Shown here: positions 18,535 through 27,466 of the stretch, piece by piece
Layout: the number at the start of each line of letters is the position of its first letter
Numbering within the stretch: the first letter of the stretch is position 1
Source: Candidatus Komeilibacteria bacterium
Lineage (GTDB): Bacteria > Patescibacteriota > Patescibacteriia > UBA1558
NCBI GenBank assembly: GCA_048538235.1
Contig: JBLYPX010000001.1
Coordinates: 456,013-520,012, forward strand
DNA: 64,000 nucleotides
Reading direction: 5' to 3'
The notes under the pieces: generated by a model
Told to the model about the DNA's origin: nothing
The model's input: the letters and a program-made list of their open reading frames with translations, nothing else
The model's database searches: none
Translations under genes and position numbers: made by a program

Positions 18535-20850
18535 TCACCTAAGATAATTTAACTTAATTGTTCTGGTATCACCTTTCAGTCTAAGAACTGCTAAATAAAT
18601 ACCACTAGCTAAATTACCCGCTTGCCAATCTGCTACATAATCACCTTCTGTAACAACTTTGTCTACTAATACAGCTACTCTCTGTCCCAAAATATTATAT
18701 ACTTCCATATTAACAAATTGAGTTGAGGGCACACTGTAATTAATATACACATTACTATTGAATGGGTTAGGATAACAAGTAAGTGCCTTTACTAACGCTG
18801 ATACTTCATTGTCTACAGTAACAGCTCCACCAACATCATCTAAATAATGTAAATGCACTGCATCAGCTGAGACTTCTCCATACTCATCTGAATAGCTATA
18901 CAGTATTAAATAATTTGATGAAGATTCAAGTTGGAAATTACCAACACTTACCCACTCATTACTATACACTGAACCATTTACATATATATCCTCATCTGCA
19001 AAACCAGCTCTTTGCAACACATAGTGTGCATTAGTAGAAGAATAATGCCTATTTGGTATATATATTAACAGTTCATAATTACCGGCTAGTTGCGCACCTA
19101 AACTCCACCTAGCAACCTCATTTTGGCTTGTATTTGCTACATAAAGGTAATTATTATACCCAAGTGGCAGATACTGCATTTCTTGAGCACCGGGCACAAT
19201 TTCCCAGCCATTTGTTTGTGCTTGGAATCCATTATTATATGTATGTACATACATATCGTATGAATTGCCAACTTGCCGGTTCATACTAATAAACTCCAGC
19301 ACATCATACTTATCCTCTGGAAGATTATTGTAATAACCATAACCCAAAGGATAACCATCTGACATACTTGACCAACACTCAATATGCAAATGAGGTCCGG
19401 TTGCACTACCGGTGTTTCCCAAAGTAGCAATAACTTCGCCTCTCTCAACAATAGTTTCATTTATAACAATATTGTCATAATTAACAATATTTTCTAAATG
19501 AGCATAGAGAAAATATACATTCTCGTGCAAACTACCATCGGGAAAAGAAAAATTATTACCATCTTCGGCTTGATGCTTAGTTACCATACACTTGCCCCAA
19601 CCAGCAGCATTATTATTTTTATAAACAATAACGCCATTAGCTGGTGAATGTATCATTTCACCTAAATCTCCACTCAAGCGATTCAAGTCATTACCCGAAT
19701 GGAACTTTTCGGGGTCTGCCAGAACTGATCCAAAATTCTGAGCATCATACCAATCTGCTGCAAAATCTGGGTAACCAACCGGGTAATCAAATTGAGTAGC
19801 TCTACTAGACAAATTTTGAACCATTTCAGCATAGATCGGTTCACTCTCTGTCCAACCATAATGACTATATGCCACTACAGTGTAGCGATAGGTCTGACCC
19901 ATCTCTACGCCATCATCTTCATAATCTCTAGCACCAGCTGGTAAATTAGCCATTTCTGTATCATAATCACGCCAAATAGTAAAACCAACAACAATATCAT
20001 CTTCGCTTTCCCAATGAAGAACTAAATGCTCATCACTGGTAATACTAAAAGATAAATTGTGTGGAGGATCTGGCGCTCTACCAATCGTGCTAAAGTTGTG
20101 AATTAACGGAGATAAATCCAAAACATCATCTAAATCCCTAGCTGTAATAATTAAGGTGTGATCACCAATACCAGGCCAGCAGTTTAGATAGTTATTTGGC
20201 GTCCAAAAGTCAAATGACCCATTCCCAGATAACTGAATATGATACCAAATATCCTCTGTAGAAGTATTATCGTCTAGCCCTTCCCAGGTAAAGCTAATTT
20301 CCTCATAATCGTAAGTACTAAACAATTCACAGGTCCAATTAGCATTTGGGGGTTCATTTGGAATCTCGTCATCAGTTAACGGCAATACATACCCATGTAC
20401 ACCCTCTGGTAAATAACCTGCATTAGTAAGTACCGAGATATCACTTGCATCTACAGGATACGCATGATCATCCCATTGACTATGATAATACCTTTGCCAA
20501 GCAATAAGATTGCCAGACATTGCTGGATTTAAATATCCAACCACTCCTTCATTTGTATAGCCACTAGCTACACAGTTGTCTCTTTCTGTTTCTGAGGTTG
20601 TATAGAAATGATCACTACCATTCCACAACCTATAAATAGCCACACCTGTTCCATATGAACTAGTTGACCATTTATACTTAGCGCCATGATTACTATACCC
20701 CATACTACTTTCTGCCTGATTAACTTCAGACGTGTTCATGGTGTAAAAATGATCACCAAGACTTGGGTTAAACAACTCGTACACTGGTTGCCAATTCTGG
20801 CCCATAACCAATGTTGTTAACACAACTAGCATTGCTGTTATTCTTAACAT
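18535..20850 (-). CDS. Secreted multidomain M23 peptidase: repeat domain, FN3, M23, golvesin-like domain, T9SS-type C-terminal domain
   Basis: DHFYT repeats; FN3 (PDPPHNL...YRYTVVAY); M23 HxxxD (FHSGND) and GPHLH; C-terminal YPNPFN...VYNILGQRV...LASGIY. SD aaggag before ATG 20850. Confidence 0.8.
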   Translation of the reverse strand: MLRITAMLVVLTTLVMGQNWQPVYELFNPSLGDHFYTMNTSEVNQAESSMGYSNHGAKYKWSTSSYGTGVAIYRLWNGSDHFYTTSETERDNCVASGYTNEGVVGYLNPAMSGNLIAWQRYYHSQWDDHAYPVDASDISVLTNAGYLPEGVHGYVLPLTDDEIPNEPPNANWTCELFSTYDYEEISFTWEGLDDNTSTEDIWYHIQLSGNGSFDFWTPNNYLNCWPGIGDHTLIITARDLDDVLDLSPLIHNFSTIGRAPDPPHNLSFSITSDEHLVLHWESEDDIVVGFTIWRDYDTEMANLPAGARDYEDDGVEMGQTYRYTVVAYSHYGWTESEPIYAEMVQNLSSRATQFDYPVGYPDFAADWYDAQNFGSVLADPEKFHSGNDLNRLSGDLGEMIHSPANGVIVYKNNNAAGWGKCMVTKHQAEDGNNFSFPDGSLHENVYFLYAHLENIVNYDNIVINETIVERGEVIATLGNTGSATGPHLHIECWSSMSDGYPLGYGYYNNLPEDKYDVLEFISMNRQVGNSYDMYVHTYNNGFQAQTNGWEIVPGAQEMQYLPLGYNNYLYVANTSQNEVARWSLGAQLAGNYELLIYIPNRHYSSTNAHYVLQRAGFADEDIYVNGSVYSNEWVSVGNFQLESSSNYLILYSYSDEYGEVSADAVHLHYLDDVGGAVTVDNEVSALVKALTCYPNPFNSNVYINYSVPSTQFVNMEVYNILGQRVAVLVDKVVTEGDYVADWQAGNLASGIYLAVLRLKGDTRTIKLNYLR

Positions 20851-20976
20851 AGCAAGCTCCTTTCTTTTTTTAATGTGCAGATTTAACAAACCCTAATACA
20901 AAAAACACAAGAATAGACCCTGTGTTTTTTTAAATGAAAAAGTCGCCAAAATATGGGCGACCCTGAACTTCACACT

Positions 20977-21005
20977 ATGATATAGTGTTACAAAATATTT
21001 GTCAA
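20977..21005 (-). promoter_or_regulatory. Sigma70 promoter for the M23 gene, with a palindrome over the -10
   Basis: TTGACA (21005-21000), 17 nt, TATCAT (20982-20977); acactat-gat-atagtgt at 20972-20988. Confidence 0.6.
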
Positions 21006-21007
21006 AT

Positions 21008-21222
21008 AAACAATTAACCCCAGGCAAATTCTATCTTACGTCACTATCTTTCCGATAAGCGATTCCTAAATAGCATTTACCTGGGGCGGGTTCCACTCAG
21101 GGTAGGTTCTGTGATTATCCACCTCGTTCATTCAGAGGTACAAATAATTCCCCAACATGTACATTTGCGTACACGGTCAAAGCGATCATTATGATCATCT
21201 ATTCTCATTCCCTATTGTGAAT
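21008..21222 (-). ncRNA. Putative structured ncRNA A (family unknown)
   Basis: TTGACA (21257-21252), 17 nt, TAATGT upstream; no ORF; several hairpins; 12-bp terminal stem 21018-21029/21075-21086 with a G-U pair only on the minus strand. Confidence 0.6.
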
Positions 21223-21257
21223 ATATTTACATTACATTTAAATATTATTACTGTCAA

Positions 21258-21517
21258 ACAAAAAACCCCAGATGTGCTTACCACTTCTTCCTATGTTCAA
21301 GTCTGTACGACATGAATGCAATGGAATGTGTTCAACACATCGGGGGTTTGATTTGGGTGGGATTCGGGCTTTATAATGCAGAAATCTTGGTTCTGCAGCC
21401 TCCCTGAGTACATTATGTACCCGTTTCAGCCGAAGCTGTTTTTGTTGGTAACCCAACTGACTATGTCTGACGGCCTGTTAACCGTCTGTCCTTTTATCAT
21501 TCTCCGTAGAGAACAAT
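21258..21517 (-). ncRNA. Putative structured ncRNA B (apparent paralog of A)
   Basis: TTGACA (21552-21547), 17 nt, TAAAGT; at least 7 hairpins including cagc-UUCG-gctg and ttctc-UACG-gagaa; terminal stem plus U-tract. Confidence 0.65.
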
Positions 21518-21612
21518 AGATACACTTTATACCTACTATAAAAATATGTCAACAGTGTCCTGTGGATTAAAAAAGAGCTGTTATATACAGCTCTTTTTAT
21601 ATAGAAGAAATA

Positions 21613-21852
21613 TTACTCTTTATCTTCACCATGATCACAACAATGGCCATGACCCTTGCCTTCATCATCCTTGCAACACCTTGAACCTTTGCCACAACAT
21701 TTGCAAAATCCCATTTTATGCATATACATAGAAATTGCAAACAACATAATTAACACAGGCCATACAATATCCCAAACACCTGTTGTTAAAACACCCAAGT
21801 TAGTTAGCAAAAGCACTAAACCAACTATGAATATAAATAATGCAATAAACAT
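21613..21852 (-). CDS. Small two-TM protein with Cys/His-rich tail
   Basis: GLVLLLTNLG...WDIVWPVLI (LiaI/LiaF-like TM pattern); tail CKCCGKGSRCCKDDEGKGHGHCCDH; terminator near 21570-21598. Confidence 0.7.
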   Translation of the reverse strand: MFIALFIFIVGLVLLLTNLGVLTTGVWDIVWPVLIMLFAISMYMHKMGFCKCCGKGSRCCKDDEGKGHGHCCDHGEDKE

Positions 21853-21874
21853 ATTTTTATTATTTAATTATTAA

Positions 21875-22885
21875 TTATTTAACTACTTGATTAATCATTT
21901 CAACGAGTCTATTAGCATAACCCCATTCATTATCATACCAAACAACTACTTTTACCATATTACCACCCACAACCTGTGTTAAGCTTAAATCTACAGTAGC
22001 TGAGGCTGGTTCACCAATAATGTCTGAAGATACAATTGGCTCTTCAGTAACTTTCAAAATATTTTTAAGCCTTGATGATTTACTAGCTCTTTTCATAGCA
22101 TCATTAACCTGTTTAACAGTTACATCTTTTTCTAATAAAAATGTAAAATCTGACAAAGAACCATTAATGGTTGGAACTCTAATAGCCATTCCATCAAATA
22201 TACCTTTAAGTTCTGGTATTGCTTCGCTTGTAGCAATGGCAGCACCCGTTGTAGTTGGAACTATGTTTTGAGCAGCTGCCCTAGCTCTTCTTAAATCTTT
22301 ATGTGGAGCGTCTTGTAATCTTTGATCAGCTGTATATGAATGAATAGTGGTCATCATAGCTTTCAAAACTTTGAAATTACTATGCATCACTTGAGCAACC
22401 GGTGCTATACAATTAGTTGTACACGAAGCATTATTGATAACTTTTTCATTCTCATATTTATTATCATTCACTCCCAATACATAAGTACCAACCCCATCAC
22501 CTTTAGCTGGAGCAGAAATTATTACTTTTTTGGCTCCTGCCTTATTATGCTTAGCCGCTAATTCTTTAGTTCTAAATATACCAGTACACTCTAAAACAAC
22601 ATCTACTTTCATTTTCTTCCAAGGAAGCTTTACAGGATCCTTTACTGCTAATACTGGGTAGTGTTTATTATTCACTACTAAATCTTTATTGCCAGCGCTA
22701 ATCTTTTTCATTGAAACACCATAAGTAGTATCATATTTCAATAAATGAGCTAAAGTTTTAGCATCTGTTAAATCATTAATAGCTACTACCTCCATATTCT
22801 TCTTCTCCAACAATACTTTAAAGGCAGCTCTACCAATTCTACCAAAACCATTAATAGCTACTCTAGTTTTATTATTTTTTGCCAT
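21875..22885 (-). CDS. gap: Type I glyceraldehyde-3-phosphate dehydrogenase
   Basis: INGFGRIGR, ASCTTNC, WYDNEWGY. Confidence 0.98.
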   Translation of the reverse strand: MAKNNKTRVAINGFGRIGRAAFKVLLEKKNMEVVAINDLTDAKTLAHLLKYDTTYGVSMKKISAGNKDLVVNNKHYPVLAVKDPVKLPWKKMKVDVVLECTGIFRTKELAAKHNKAGAKKVIISAPAKGDGVGTYVLGVNDNKYENEKVINNASCTTNCIAPVAQVMHSNFKVLKAMMTTIHSYTADQRLQDAPHKDLRRARAAAQNIVPTTTGAAIATSEAIPELKGIFDGMAIRVPTINGSLSDFTFLLEKDVTVKQVNDAMKRASKSSRLKNILKVTEEPIVSSDIIGEPASATVDLSLTQVVGGNMVKVVVWYDNEWGYANRLVEMINQVVK

Positions 22886-22967
22886 ATAGGTAATTCTTTA
22901 TTTATCTTAGATACATTATAGCTTTTTTAGCTAAATAAAAAAAGTCGGACATTTGCCCGACTTTAAT

Positions 22968-23324
22968 TTACATGCTTGCTTTAGGAATACCGCTTACAAA
23001 AGCTACTAGCCAGAGACACCAGGCATAGACTGAAAAACGGTTAAACCATTGCTGTGCTTTACCAAAATTTTCAACTGCCATAACCGCCCAAATAAAATGT
23101 ATTAACATAATTAGAAGGGCTGTGTATCCGCATAAAGTGTGACCATTAATGTGATGAGTTGTTGACCTCAAAAACATCATGGTTGTTCCCACCATATCGC
23201 AGGCAAAGCCAACTCCCATCATCAACACCATCCACGGCTTAATAACTTTCTTAAGCTTTTCTGACCAAATGGATACTGTATAGAAAACAAGAGCAGACAT
23301 GATAAAAACTACTGATAGTGGCAT
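22968..23324 (-). CDS. HsmA-like four-helix membrane protein
   Basis: ALVFYTVSIWSEK...D.VGT..M...H...G..AL..M..H..WA...WLVAF. SD gaggagg before ATG 23324; the track start 23456 runs through a structured RNA. Confidence 0.7.
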   Translation of the reverse strand: MPLSVVFIMSALVFYTVSIWSEKLKKVIKPWMVLMMGVGFACDMVGTTMMFLRSTTHHINGHTLCGYTALLIMLIHFIWAVMAVENFGKAQQWFNRFSVYAWCLWLVAFVSGIPKASM

Positions 23325-23348
23325 ACTATTCCCCCTCCTCTTTTTGTT

Positions 23349-23503
23349 AAAGAAAAACTGCCAGACATATATCATAAGAGCGGTGTGTACAAGGTCGTTT
23401 ACCTTTTCGCCTACTAAGAACGACCCTCTTATGGTTGCTTTAAGCAACAAATACATGTCTGGCAGGGCCTACGCAATGATGAGCACGCCACCTCTCATCT
23501 CGT
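23349..23503 (-). ncRNA. Putative structured RNA or 5' leader C upstream of the hsmA-like gene
   Basis: TTGACA (23538-23533), 17 nt, TAATTT; 15-bp stem 23358-23372/23451-23465 enclosing three further helices, followed by a U-tract. Confidence 0.6.
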
Positions 23504-23584
23504 ACTAACAAATTACTATCTGAAATATATTTTGTCAAATAAAAAACCACTATACCTAAATAGTGATTTAATAAAAAGCTCTAA

Positions 23585-24406
23585 CTATTTTACATCAACC
23601 TTTACAATCGTATCACCTTTTTTATCATCCCTTATCCTAACATCAAAAGTCTTACTCAATATATTTAGACCAATAACATATCCTGTACCACTCTTTGTTT
23701 TAACCTTATCCCCTATTCTTGGATAATCTTTTAACTCTTCTTTATAGAAATCTTCTTCATAAGCTAAACAACATTTTAATCTACCGCATTGACCAGACAA
23801 TCTGTCACTACCTCTATGAGCTATCATTTGATCCTTAGCAAATTCTGTAGAAACATTGCCTAAAGATTTTAAATGACCCTGGCAGCATAAATTACGTCCA
23901 CAAGAACCAACATCCCCTGTTAATTTAGCCTCATCTCTTACACCTAATTGTTGTAATCTAATGGTCTTTTTAAAATACTTTGTTAATTCCTTAACCAAGT
24001 TTCTAAAATCTACTCTACCATCAGCAATAAAAGCAAAGGTTAAACGATTATCATCAAAAGAACAGTAACAATCTACTAACTTCATAGCCAGCTGATGTTT
24101 CTTAACCTGTTGCTGGCAATATTGTATTTTAGCATTATTATCTTTGTTAAGCTTATCTGCTTGAACAATATCGTCATCATTAGCAATACGAATAAAAGGA
24201 ACAATTTTCTGATCCTTATCTTCAAAAGACTTTACTTCTTTTTCATCAATAGTTTTTAAACCAATAATAGTGCCAAGTTCAAGACCAACGCTTGTTTTAA
24301 CAACTAGCTTATTACCAAGCACAGCTCTGCTACGATCGGTTTGTTCAGGATAGCTAAAATAATAGCTTTGATCCCAAGGAGTAAATTGTACTTCAATAAT
24401 ATCCAT
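23585..24406 (-). CDS. PSP1/RicT (YaaT)-family protein
   Basis: ADGRVDFRNLVK, GVRDEAK, GSCGRNLCC, SGQCGRLKCCL.YE. Confidence 0.92.
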   Translation of the reverse strand: MDIIEVQFTPWDQSYYFSYPEQTDRSRAVLGNKLVVKTSVGLELGTIIGLKTIDEKEVKSFEDKDQKIVPFIRIANDDDIVQADKLNKDNNAKIQYCQQQVKKHQLAMKLVDCYCSFDDNRLTFAFIADGRVDFRNLVKELTKYFKKTIRLQQLGVRDEAKLTGDVGSCGRNLCCQGHLKSLGNVSTEFAKDQMIAHRGSDRLSGQCGRLKCCLAYEEDFYKEELKDYPRIGDKVKTKSGTGYVIGLNILSKTFDVRIRDDKKGDTIVKVDVK

Positions 24407-25113
24407 TAGTTAGATACGGTTGTACCAAGTTTCTCACCAGACACTACTTTTGTTAAATTGCCTGGTTCCATTTTGAAAACAATAATCTTCATATCGTCAT
24501 CTTTAGCCATATTAAAAGCTAGTTCATCCATAACTTTTAATTTCTTATCTATTGCTTCAGTGTAAGTTAAACTGTCAAACATTTTAGCATCTGCATTTTC
24601 ATTAGGATCTGAATCATATACACCATCTACATCTGTAGCTTTTAATATTACTTGCATACCTGCTTGTTGAGCTCTTAAAGTTGAAGTTGTATCTGTTGAT
24701 CTTCCTGGCTTACCAGTGCCACCACCAAACACAATTACCTTATTTTGCTTCAAACATTTCTTAATATTTCTCTTATTAGCTTCTGGCACCAAACCCTTCA
24801 TTGGCCAAGCAGATAATACTTGATTAGCAACACCGAGCTTATCCATAATACCGCCTAAAGCTAAACTATTAATATTTGTAGCCAGCATACCCATATAGTC
24901 AGCTCTATCTACTTCAATCTCACCGGCCTTAATAGAACGACCGCGCATAATATTGCCACCACCAATAACAATAGCTAATTGTAAGCCTTTATCTTGCAAT
25001 TCTTTAATCTCTTTAACAAGAGTTTCTACTTTAGAGAAGTCAAAATCTTTCTGGTCATTAGCAACAGCCATGCCAGAAAGTTTTAACAATACTTTAGAAT
25101 ATTTTAGTTCCAT
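24406..25113 (-). CDS. pyrH: UMP kinase
   Basis: LLKLSG, GGGNIMRG, DYMGMLAT, STDT, DGVYDSDP. Confidence 0.95.
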   Translation of the reverse strand: MELKYSKVLLKLSGMAVANDQKDFDFSKVETLVKEIKELQDKGLQLAIVIGGGNIMRGRSIKAGEIEVDRADYMGMLATNINSLALGGIMDKLGVANQVLSAWPMKGLVPEANKRNIKKCLKQNKVIVFGGGTGKPGRSTDTTSTLRAQQAGMQVILKATDVDGVYDSDPNENADAKMFDSLTYTEAIDKKLKVMDELAFNMAKDDDMKIIVFKMEPGNLTKVVSGEKLGTTVSN

Positions 25114-25115
25114 GA

Positions 25116-25697
25116 TTATAGTGAGTAACGTTCAAATCTATGAATACGGATATTCTCACCAATCTTAGCAATAGCATCTGTTAACATCTTTTCAATAGTA
25201 ACGCTATCGTCTTTAATATATGTTTGTTTCATTAAACAAACATCGCTATAGAATTTATCTAATTTACCAGCCATGATCTTTTCAATCATATCTTCTGGTT
25301 TACCTTCTTTCTTGAGTTGTGCCGAGTATACATCCTTTTCCTTCTCAATAATATCTGCTGGTACATCTTCTGGATTTAAATAATCTGGAGCTGTAGCAGC
25401 TATTTGTAAAGCTAAATCATGAGCTAGATTTTTAAAGTCTTCATTCTTTGCTACAAAGTCAGTTTCACAACCAAGTTCAAGCAGCACTCCTACTTTACCA
25501 CCTGGATGAATATATGCCTCAATTAAACCTTCTTTAATTTCTCTATCTTGTTTTTTTGTAGCTATCTTTTCACCTCTTTTTCTAAGCCAAGCTAATGCTT
25601 TTTCAAAATCATTATCATTCTCTTTTAAAGCACGGTGACAATCATTCATACCCGCACCCGTCTTAGCTCTTAGATCTTTAATTAAATCTGTTGACAT
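25116..25697 (-). CDS. tsf: Elongation factor Ts (short form)
   Basis: LRAKTGAGMNDC, CETDFVAK. Confidence 0.97.
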   Translation of the reverse strand: MSTDLIKDLRAKTGAGMNDCHRALKENDNDFEKALAWLRKRGEKIATKKQDREIKEGLIEAYIHPGGKVGVLLELGCETDFVAKNEDFKNLAHDLALQIAATAPDYLNPEDVPADIIEKEKDVYSAQLKKEGKPEDMIEKIMAGKLDKFYSDVCLMKQTYIKDDSVTIEKMLTDAIAKIGENIRIHRFERYSL

Positions 25698-25723
25698 AGT
25701 TTTCTATTTTAATATTTTATAAA

Positions 25724-26401
25724 TTAATTTTTTGCTTTAACACAAGCATCTGCAATAGCATTGGTAATCAATGTAATAGATTTTACAGCATCATCATTAC
25801 CTGGAATTATATGCCTTACATTTTTGTTATTACAGTTAGAGTCTACAATAGCTACAACTGGAATATTCTTCTTTGAAGCTTCAGCTAAAGCTGTCTTATC
25901 CTTCTTAATGTCTACAATGAATACAGCATCAGGTAATTTAGTCATATTCTTAATACCTTCTACCATTTCCTTTAGACGAATAATTTCTCTATCCTTTTCT
26001 AAAGCTTCCTTTTTAGTATAACGTGCCCAAGCACCTTTTTCTTTTTCTTCTTCTAATTTCTTTAACTTCTTTGTTAAAGCAATAATATTACCAAAGTTAG
26101 TTAAAGTACCACCTAGCCATCTAGTATTAATATATGGCATATTAGCTTTCTCAGCAGCCTCTTTTACTATATCCTTAGCTTGTTTCTTACTAGAAACAAA
26201 AAGAATAACTCCACCTTTAGAAGTTATTTCTTGAACAAACTTTACAGCATCCGCTAGCATGGCCTGTGTTTTTTCCAGGTCAATGATATGAACGCCTTGT
26301 TTAGCGCCAAATATATATGGCTCCATTGATGGGTGTCTTTTAGACTTAGTGTGTCCAAAATGTACGCCCGCTTTTAATAAATCGATCAGTTCTACTGACA
26401 T
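25724..26401 (-). CDS. rpsB: 30S ribosomal protein S2
   Basis: AGVHFGH, RWLGGTLTN, PGNDDA; start probably MSVEL at 26401. Confidence 0.97.
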   Translation of the reverse strand: MSVELIDLLKAGVHFGHTKSKRHPSMEPYIFGAKQGVHIIDLEKTQAMLADAVKFVQEITSKGGVILFVSSKKQAKDIVKEAAEKANMPYINTRWLGGTLTNFGNIIALTKKLKKLEEEKEKGAWARYTKKEALEKDREIIRLKEMVEGIKNMTKLPDAVFIVDIKKDKTALAEASKKNIPVVAIVDSNCNNKNVRHIIPGNDDAVKSITLITNAIADACVKAKN

Positions 26402-26495
26402 AATTTTTTTCCTTTTTTCCTCCATTTTAGCCTCTTTTTAACCATAAACCCATTATTTGGGCAGGATTGGTTATTAACTAAAATGTGTGGTTTAT
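26402..26495 (-). promoter_or_regulatory. Probable structured rpsB 5' leader
   Basis: Non-coding leader with cacac motif and nested taacca/tggtta and ccca/tggg pairings. S2 autoregulatory leaders are known in other bacteria. Confidence 0.4.
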
Positions 26496-26589
26496 TTAAT
26501 AAGTACCAATATGCTAACACGAAAAGCTATTTTTGGCAAGGGTTTAACACAAAAACACTATCCTTTAATAGATAATATTTAAATCTTAA

Positions 26590-27240
26590 CTATTTAATTT
26601 CTAATACCTGCTTTAATCTATTAATAGTGCCTTGATTTCCATCCACAATTTTAGTATTGGGAAATAGTTTCTGAATAATATCTTTAAAATATATAAAATG
26701 AGTACAACCCAGCACAACGCAACTATACTCATCTATATTTAAATCTTTTATCTTATCTGTAATATATTCTTCAACCTCTTTATTAAAGATATTATTCTCT
26801 GCAAATTCTACTAATTTTGGTAAAGCTATTAAATCTACAATCTCTTCAGAGTTTAAACCCTTAATTAAATTAGATAATTTATCCTCTTTAACTGTAATTG
26901 GGGTAGCAAGCACCAAAACCTTTTTACCATAGCTCTGCTTTATAGCCGGTTTAACAGCTGGCTCCATTCCAATAATTGGTAAATCATACCTACCTCTTAG
27001 ATCATTAATAGCAATACTAGTAGCTGTATTGCAAGCAATAACAATAGCATCAAAGTCTTGTTTCACAATATTGTCTATAGCTTTAAAAATATACTCTCTA
27101 ACAACTTTAATATCCTTATCTCCATAAGGAACATTATCTGAATCTGAAAAATACTCAAACTCAATATCTGGCAAAGCATGCCTTGCTTCTTGTAAAAAAG
27201 TTTTCCCTCCTATACCGGAATCAAAAACAGCTACTTTCAT
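26590..27240 (-). CDS. murI: Glutamate racemase
   Basis: FDSGIGG, PYG, IACNTA, VLGCTHF. Confidence 0.96.
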   Translation of the reverse strand: MKVAVFDSGIGGKTFLQEARHALPDIEFEYFSDSDNVPYGDKDIKVVREYIFKAIDNIVKQDFDAIVIACNTATSIAINDLRGRYDLPIIGMEPAVKPAIKQSYGKKVLVLATPITVKEDKLSNLIKGLNSEEIVDLIALPKLVEFAENNIFNKEVEEYITDKIKDLNIDEYSCVVLGCTHFIYFKDIIQKLFPNTKIVDGNQGTINRLKQVLEIK

Positions 27241-27243
27241 TTA

Positions 27244-27462
27244 TTATTCAATTTCCTTTAATTTAAAATCGTTTAAATACAATAGTATCAAAGCAATAAT
27301 ACCTGGGATCAGAACACTTAACAAATGGTTGCTTGGAATAAAATACATATCCAATAAATCCCAGATCATGCGCCAGAACATGATTAAACAAGCACCGACC
27401 ATAAATGAATGCCAATTTGGATGCTTACTTTTCAACCATTCAAATTTTGTTTTGTTGAACAT
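27244..27462 (-). CDS. Small membrane protein
   Basis: Two hydrophobic segments; FWR.IW.LLD.Y; tightly packed in the operon. Confidence 0.6.
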   Translation of the reverse strand: MFNKTKFEWLKSKHPNWHSFMVGACLIMFWRMIWDLLDMYFIPSNHLLSVLIPGIIALILLYLNDFKLKEIE

Positions 27463-27466
27463 AGTT

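Noticed and set aside
21238-21456. 72-aa ORF
   Set aside because: TTG start without SD, no recognisable motif, and it runs through dense hairpins and a terminator.
21008-21517. tRNA, tmRNA, RNase P RNA, hammerhead or CRISPR identity for RNAs A and B
   Set aside because: No cloverleaf or CCA end, no GAGGAAAGUCC, no CUGANGA/GAAA core, no repeat-spacer periodicity. An Rfam scan is still needed.
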